Assembly: GCA_965219995.1 (NCBI GenBank)
Contig: CBDCOX010000002.1
Location: 4,768,001-4,832,000, forward strand
Direction: 5' to 3'
Length of the DNA stretch: 64,000 nt
Origin: Candidatus Latescibacterota bacterium
GTDB taxonomy: Bacteria; Latescibacterota; UBA2968; GCA-2709665
Positions 61,284 through 64,000 of the stretch are shown piece by piece. The position numbers were made by a program, and so were the translations under genes. Below the pieces are notes generated by a model. The model was not told the origin of the DNA. It saw nothing but the letters and a program-made list of their open reading frames with translations, and made no database searches. Numbering within the stretch: position 1 is the stretch's first letter; every line of letters begins with the position of its first letter.

Positions 61284-61503
61284 GGGTAGAGGTAAGACGT
61301 TAGAGAAAAGCGGTGAGACGTGAGTCGTGAGTCGGTAGATGAAGACATTTGCAGCAGTGTTTCCGCATAGACCGTGCCTGTTTATTTGCCGCTATCGTAA
61401 CGACAAGAAACACCATAAGGCACTGATATCATCTCCCGTCTCCCGTCTAACGTCTACCCGTTCTTCATGCATTCACATCATCTCCCGTCTCACGTCTAAC
61501 GGC
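61284..61503. repeat. Heptamer-armed palindromic element, copy D
   Basis: GTGAGAC/GTGAGTC arm and GTCTCCC/GTCTAAC/GTCTCAC arm; 61431-61475 matches 25483-25527 at 43/45. Confidence 0.72.
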
Positions 61504-61835
61504 TTCTTCAGGTGTGATATCCATAATTAAACTCAATTGTCCGGTATTTTATGTTCTGATTGTTGACGTTCTTGCCCCGCTACCACACAGCAGGGGCAGG
61601 CAAACAGAATCATGCTCCCCGAAATAAGGGCGAAACAGGGCACGACGGAGTGATTTTCTATCATTGCAATATGGCGGAAAATCCGTTACATTCAGGTATT
61701 GAGTGCGGCGTCCCGAGAATGACTTCACCTTGCCAGCCTCTCTATATATAACCCGTCATATAACCCTTCTTTCCAGCAGGGACATCCGACAGCTTCATCC
61801 GAGATTCCTCAAGTTCACGATTGCAAACGTAACCC

Positions 61836-62972
61836 ATGGAGTCAGCCTTGTTTACCAGGATTCGCAGTCTGTTCGTTTTCTCGCTCGTCGCTGCCGTGAG
61901 TTGGGGTTGCGCTGCGGACGGTCTGCCCGAAAAGATCGAGATCGGCGTCGCACTTCCGCTGACCGGCCCGCAGATTTTATACGGCGCGCCGGCGTGGGAA
62001 GGTTTCCAGTTCGCCCTTGAAGAAATCAACGGTTCATCGATACTCGGGGGCTCGAGCATCGAGTTCATCCGGGAGGATTCCCGGGGCACGGTTGACGCCG
62101 CCACGAAAGCGTTCAATAAACTCATCAAAGAGGACGGTGTGTCCGTCATCCTGGGGCCCGGTATTTCCACCGTGGCGAAGGAGGTGTTTCCGATCGCTCA
62201 ACAGAGCGAGGTTCTGGCTTTAAGTTCGACGTCGACCGCCGTCGGACTGAGCGCGATCGGCGACTATATCTTCCGCACGGGCCTCAACGTTGGCACGCTC
62301 GCTCCAGGCGCCGTCAAGGGCACGAAGGAGAAACTGGGGTATCGACGAGTGGCGATTATGGTCGATTCGACCGACGTGTATTCCCTCAGCCTGGACGAGG
62401 AATTGCGCAACGCCCTGGCCGAGAACGAGGTCCGGATTCTGACAAGGGAGACTTTTGCAACGGGCGACACCTCGTTTGCCGACCAGCTGAGCAGAATAAT
62501 GGCTTTGAAGCCGCAAGCCGTGTTTGTCTCGTGTCTGGCGGCGGAGATGATTCAAGTTCTGGTCAACGCCCGTGACGTTGGCATCGCTTCTATGGTTCCT
62601 ATGATCATACCTGAACTGTCCCTGGCCGAAGTCAGGAAAGCGGGCGACGCCGCCGAAGGCGCGATTTCCGTCTTGAGTTGGGCAGGCAACGCTTCCACAC
62701 CCGGGAACAAGGCCTTCGTTGAAAATTATATCGGCAGGTACGGCTATGAACCGCACCCGTGGGGCGCGATTTCTTACGTCTCGCTGATTGTACTCGCCAA
62801 GGCAATCGCGGAAACCGGATCGATGGACGCGAGTGCGATCAAACGCGCGATGATCAATACCCGGGAGGTCGATACGATTCTGGGGCGATTCTCGTTCAAT
62901 CCCGATGGCGACGCGGTTTACACTCCCATTGTACTGAAGGTGCGGAACGGTGCCTTTGAAGTCTTCAAGTAA
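61836..62972 (+). CDS. Branched-chain amino acid ABC-type substrate-binding (lipo)protein, orphan
   Basis: Lipobox-like SWGC, IGVALPLTG, EEIN, ILGP, YIFRT, DTSF, G.FSF...GD; no permease or ATPase genes adjacent. Confidence 0.88.
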   Translation: MESALFTRIRSLFVFSLVAAVSWGCAADGLPEKIEIGVALPLTGPQILYGAPAWEGFQFALEEINGSSILGGSSIEFIREDSRGTVDAATKAFNKLIKEDGVSVILGPGISTVAKEVFPIAQQSEVLALSSTSTAVGLSAIGDYIFRTGLNVGTLAPGAVKGTKEKLGYRRVAIMVDSTDVYSLSLDEELRNALAENEVRILTRETFATGDTSFADQLSRIMALKPQAVFVSCLAAEMIQVLVNARDVGIASMVPMIIPELSLAEVRKAGDAAEGAISVLSWAGNASTPGNKAFVENYIGRYGYEPHPWGAISYVSLIVLAKAIAETGSMDASAIKRAMINTREVDTILGRFSFNPDGDAVYTPIVLKVRNGAFEVFK

Positions 62973-63043
62973 GCCAACCTACGGCTCCTGCTGAGATCGT
63001 GTAACGGGTACGACCCCACTGTCGCCAGGCATTGCCCATCTTC

Positions 63044-63117
63044 AGGAATGAGAGCGGCGCGTCAGCAGATTATCGAGCGCAGCGGGCTCCGGAAAAACCG
63101 GAGCCCGTTGTTTGTAC
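63044..63117 (+). repeat. Direct repeat 2: diverged copy of the tonB 3' end plus hairpin
   Basis: Identical 17-mer and the same hairpin at the same 39-nt offset. Confidence 0.7.
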
Positions 63118-63440
63118 TGATCATATTATCAAATGCACTGCGATAAATTCGCCCCCAACCTTTAAATTCCCCTATTCCCTTGCCCTTTTTCTTGCTTCGC
63201 CCCAAGAAAAAGGGCGAAAAAGAAGGGCGCCGCTCAAACGCCGCGGGGCTGCTTTTCCGCGAACCGCCTCCGTCGAATAAACGTGATCCGTTGCCCTGTG
63301 ACCTATGCAGGCATTTCCGGACTCTCGTGCTGAACGGACTCGCGCGGAAAAGCCCCCGCACCACCACCGTCCGCTTGTCAGGTTGTAGCGAAGATCGACA
63401 CACAGTATTGGCTGCGCGTTTGAGCGAGGTTTCCGTTGGT

Positions 63441-63467
63441 GCAGGGGCAGGTTTCAAACCTGCCTCT
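63441..63467 (+). repeat. REP-like palindrome
   Basis: GCAGGGGCAGGTTTCAAACCTGCCTCT. Confidence 0.55.
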
Positions 63468-63532
63468 GCATTTGTCAGACGTTCAAGAATTGATTTCGCC
63501 AGTCCGTATCGCTTACCGGTTCTGGCTGATCG

Positions 63533-64000
63533 CTAACGGCTGATTGCTGAAAGCTGTTTCTCCAGAAACGTGTACGCCAATTCACGCTGCGGGCCGGCGA
63601 AGCCATGCCCGTCTTCGTGCAGGACCTGGCGGTAGTTGTCCGTCGCGCCATAGAGCGAAAAGACGCTGGACACGGCATCGCCCATGCGCTCGAGGACGGG
63701 ACGCGTGAATCGGGTTTCCTCCAGGCTGTATTGAAAGTCATTCAGCGCGGTGATGTGCATGATGGCGCGGGGCGCGGCCAGGGCCAGGGTTTCGTGGAGT
63801 TCGATCGGGAAGGGTTTTCCGGTCTGACAGTACGGCCTTAGTAAGGGGCGCCCCACCCACCAACCCGTACGTGCATGATTGAAGGGATTTTTGGAGAACC
63901 GAGCGGGCCAGTCGCCGCAACTCGCGACGCCGGCCATGATGCGCGGTTCGAGCGCCATCGCGTGGATCGTGATGCCGCCCCCCTGAGAATGGCCGATGGA
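63533..64000 (-). CDS. Alpha/beta hydrolase (dienelactone hydrolase/esterase-like), C-terminal part
   Basis: The frame stays open to the window end and reads SIGHSQGGGITIHAMALEPR (GxSxG); LALAAPRA and a terminal GHGF catalytic His. Confidence 0.8.
   Translation of the reverse strand, partial: SIGHSQGGGITIHAMALEPRIMAGVASCGDWPARFSKNPFNHARTGWWVGRPLLRPYCQTGKPFPIELHETLALAAPRAIMHITALNDFQYSLEETRFTRPVLERMGDAVSSVFSLYGATDNYRQVLHEDGHGFAGPQRELAYTFLEKQLSAISR

Overview
A GC-rich bacterial chromosomal window from a diderm organism (two Omp85 barrels, a TonB-dependent receptor and TonB). The content is typical of FCB-group or candidate-phylum bacteria such as sponge-associated lineages: several Gfo/Idh/MocA oxidoreductases, a sulfatase, heparinase II/III, BNR proteins, PhyH and an ankyrin protein. 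That taxonomic placement is inference only. There are about 47 genes. Recognisable blocks are pgi-like, glcB, a three-subunit xanthine-dehydrogenase-family molybdoenzyme, a TPP-riboswitch-controlled thiO-thiS-thiG-thiE'-thiD-thiE operon, cinA/pncC, infA, lhr, a TBDR with an MFS transporter, tonB and an orphan Liv-type binding protein. I found no rRNA, tRNA, CRISPR array or transposase gene. Main candidates for novelty: (1) an AT-richer gene fusing a restriction-enzyme-type N-terminal head domain to an intact nitrilase-fold (E-K-C) domain, a possible single-gene defence factor; (2) a co-oriented cluster of patatin-POTRA-Omp85, atypical-kinase-like-Omp85, DUF4956-like and SdiA-regulated propeller genes; (3) many small non-autonomous elements, including two MITE types inserted at stop codons, heptamer-armed hairpin elements, self-nested palindromes and GTAG-REPs; (4) smaller signals: an orphan HigA with a fossil toxin tail, an A12 tract in an MFS gene, a duplicated tonB 3' end flanking the orphan binding-protein gene, and a 53-aa basic small ORF missed by the track. 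All family assignments come from motif recognition by eye; no database search was run.
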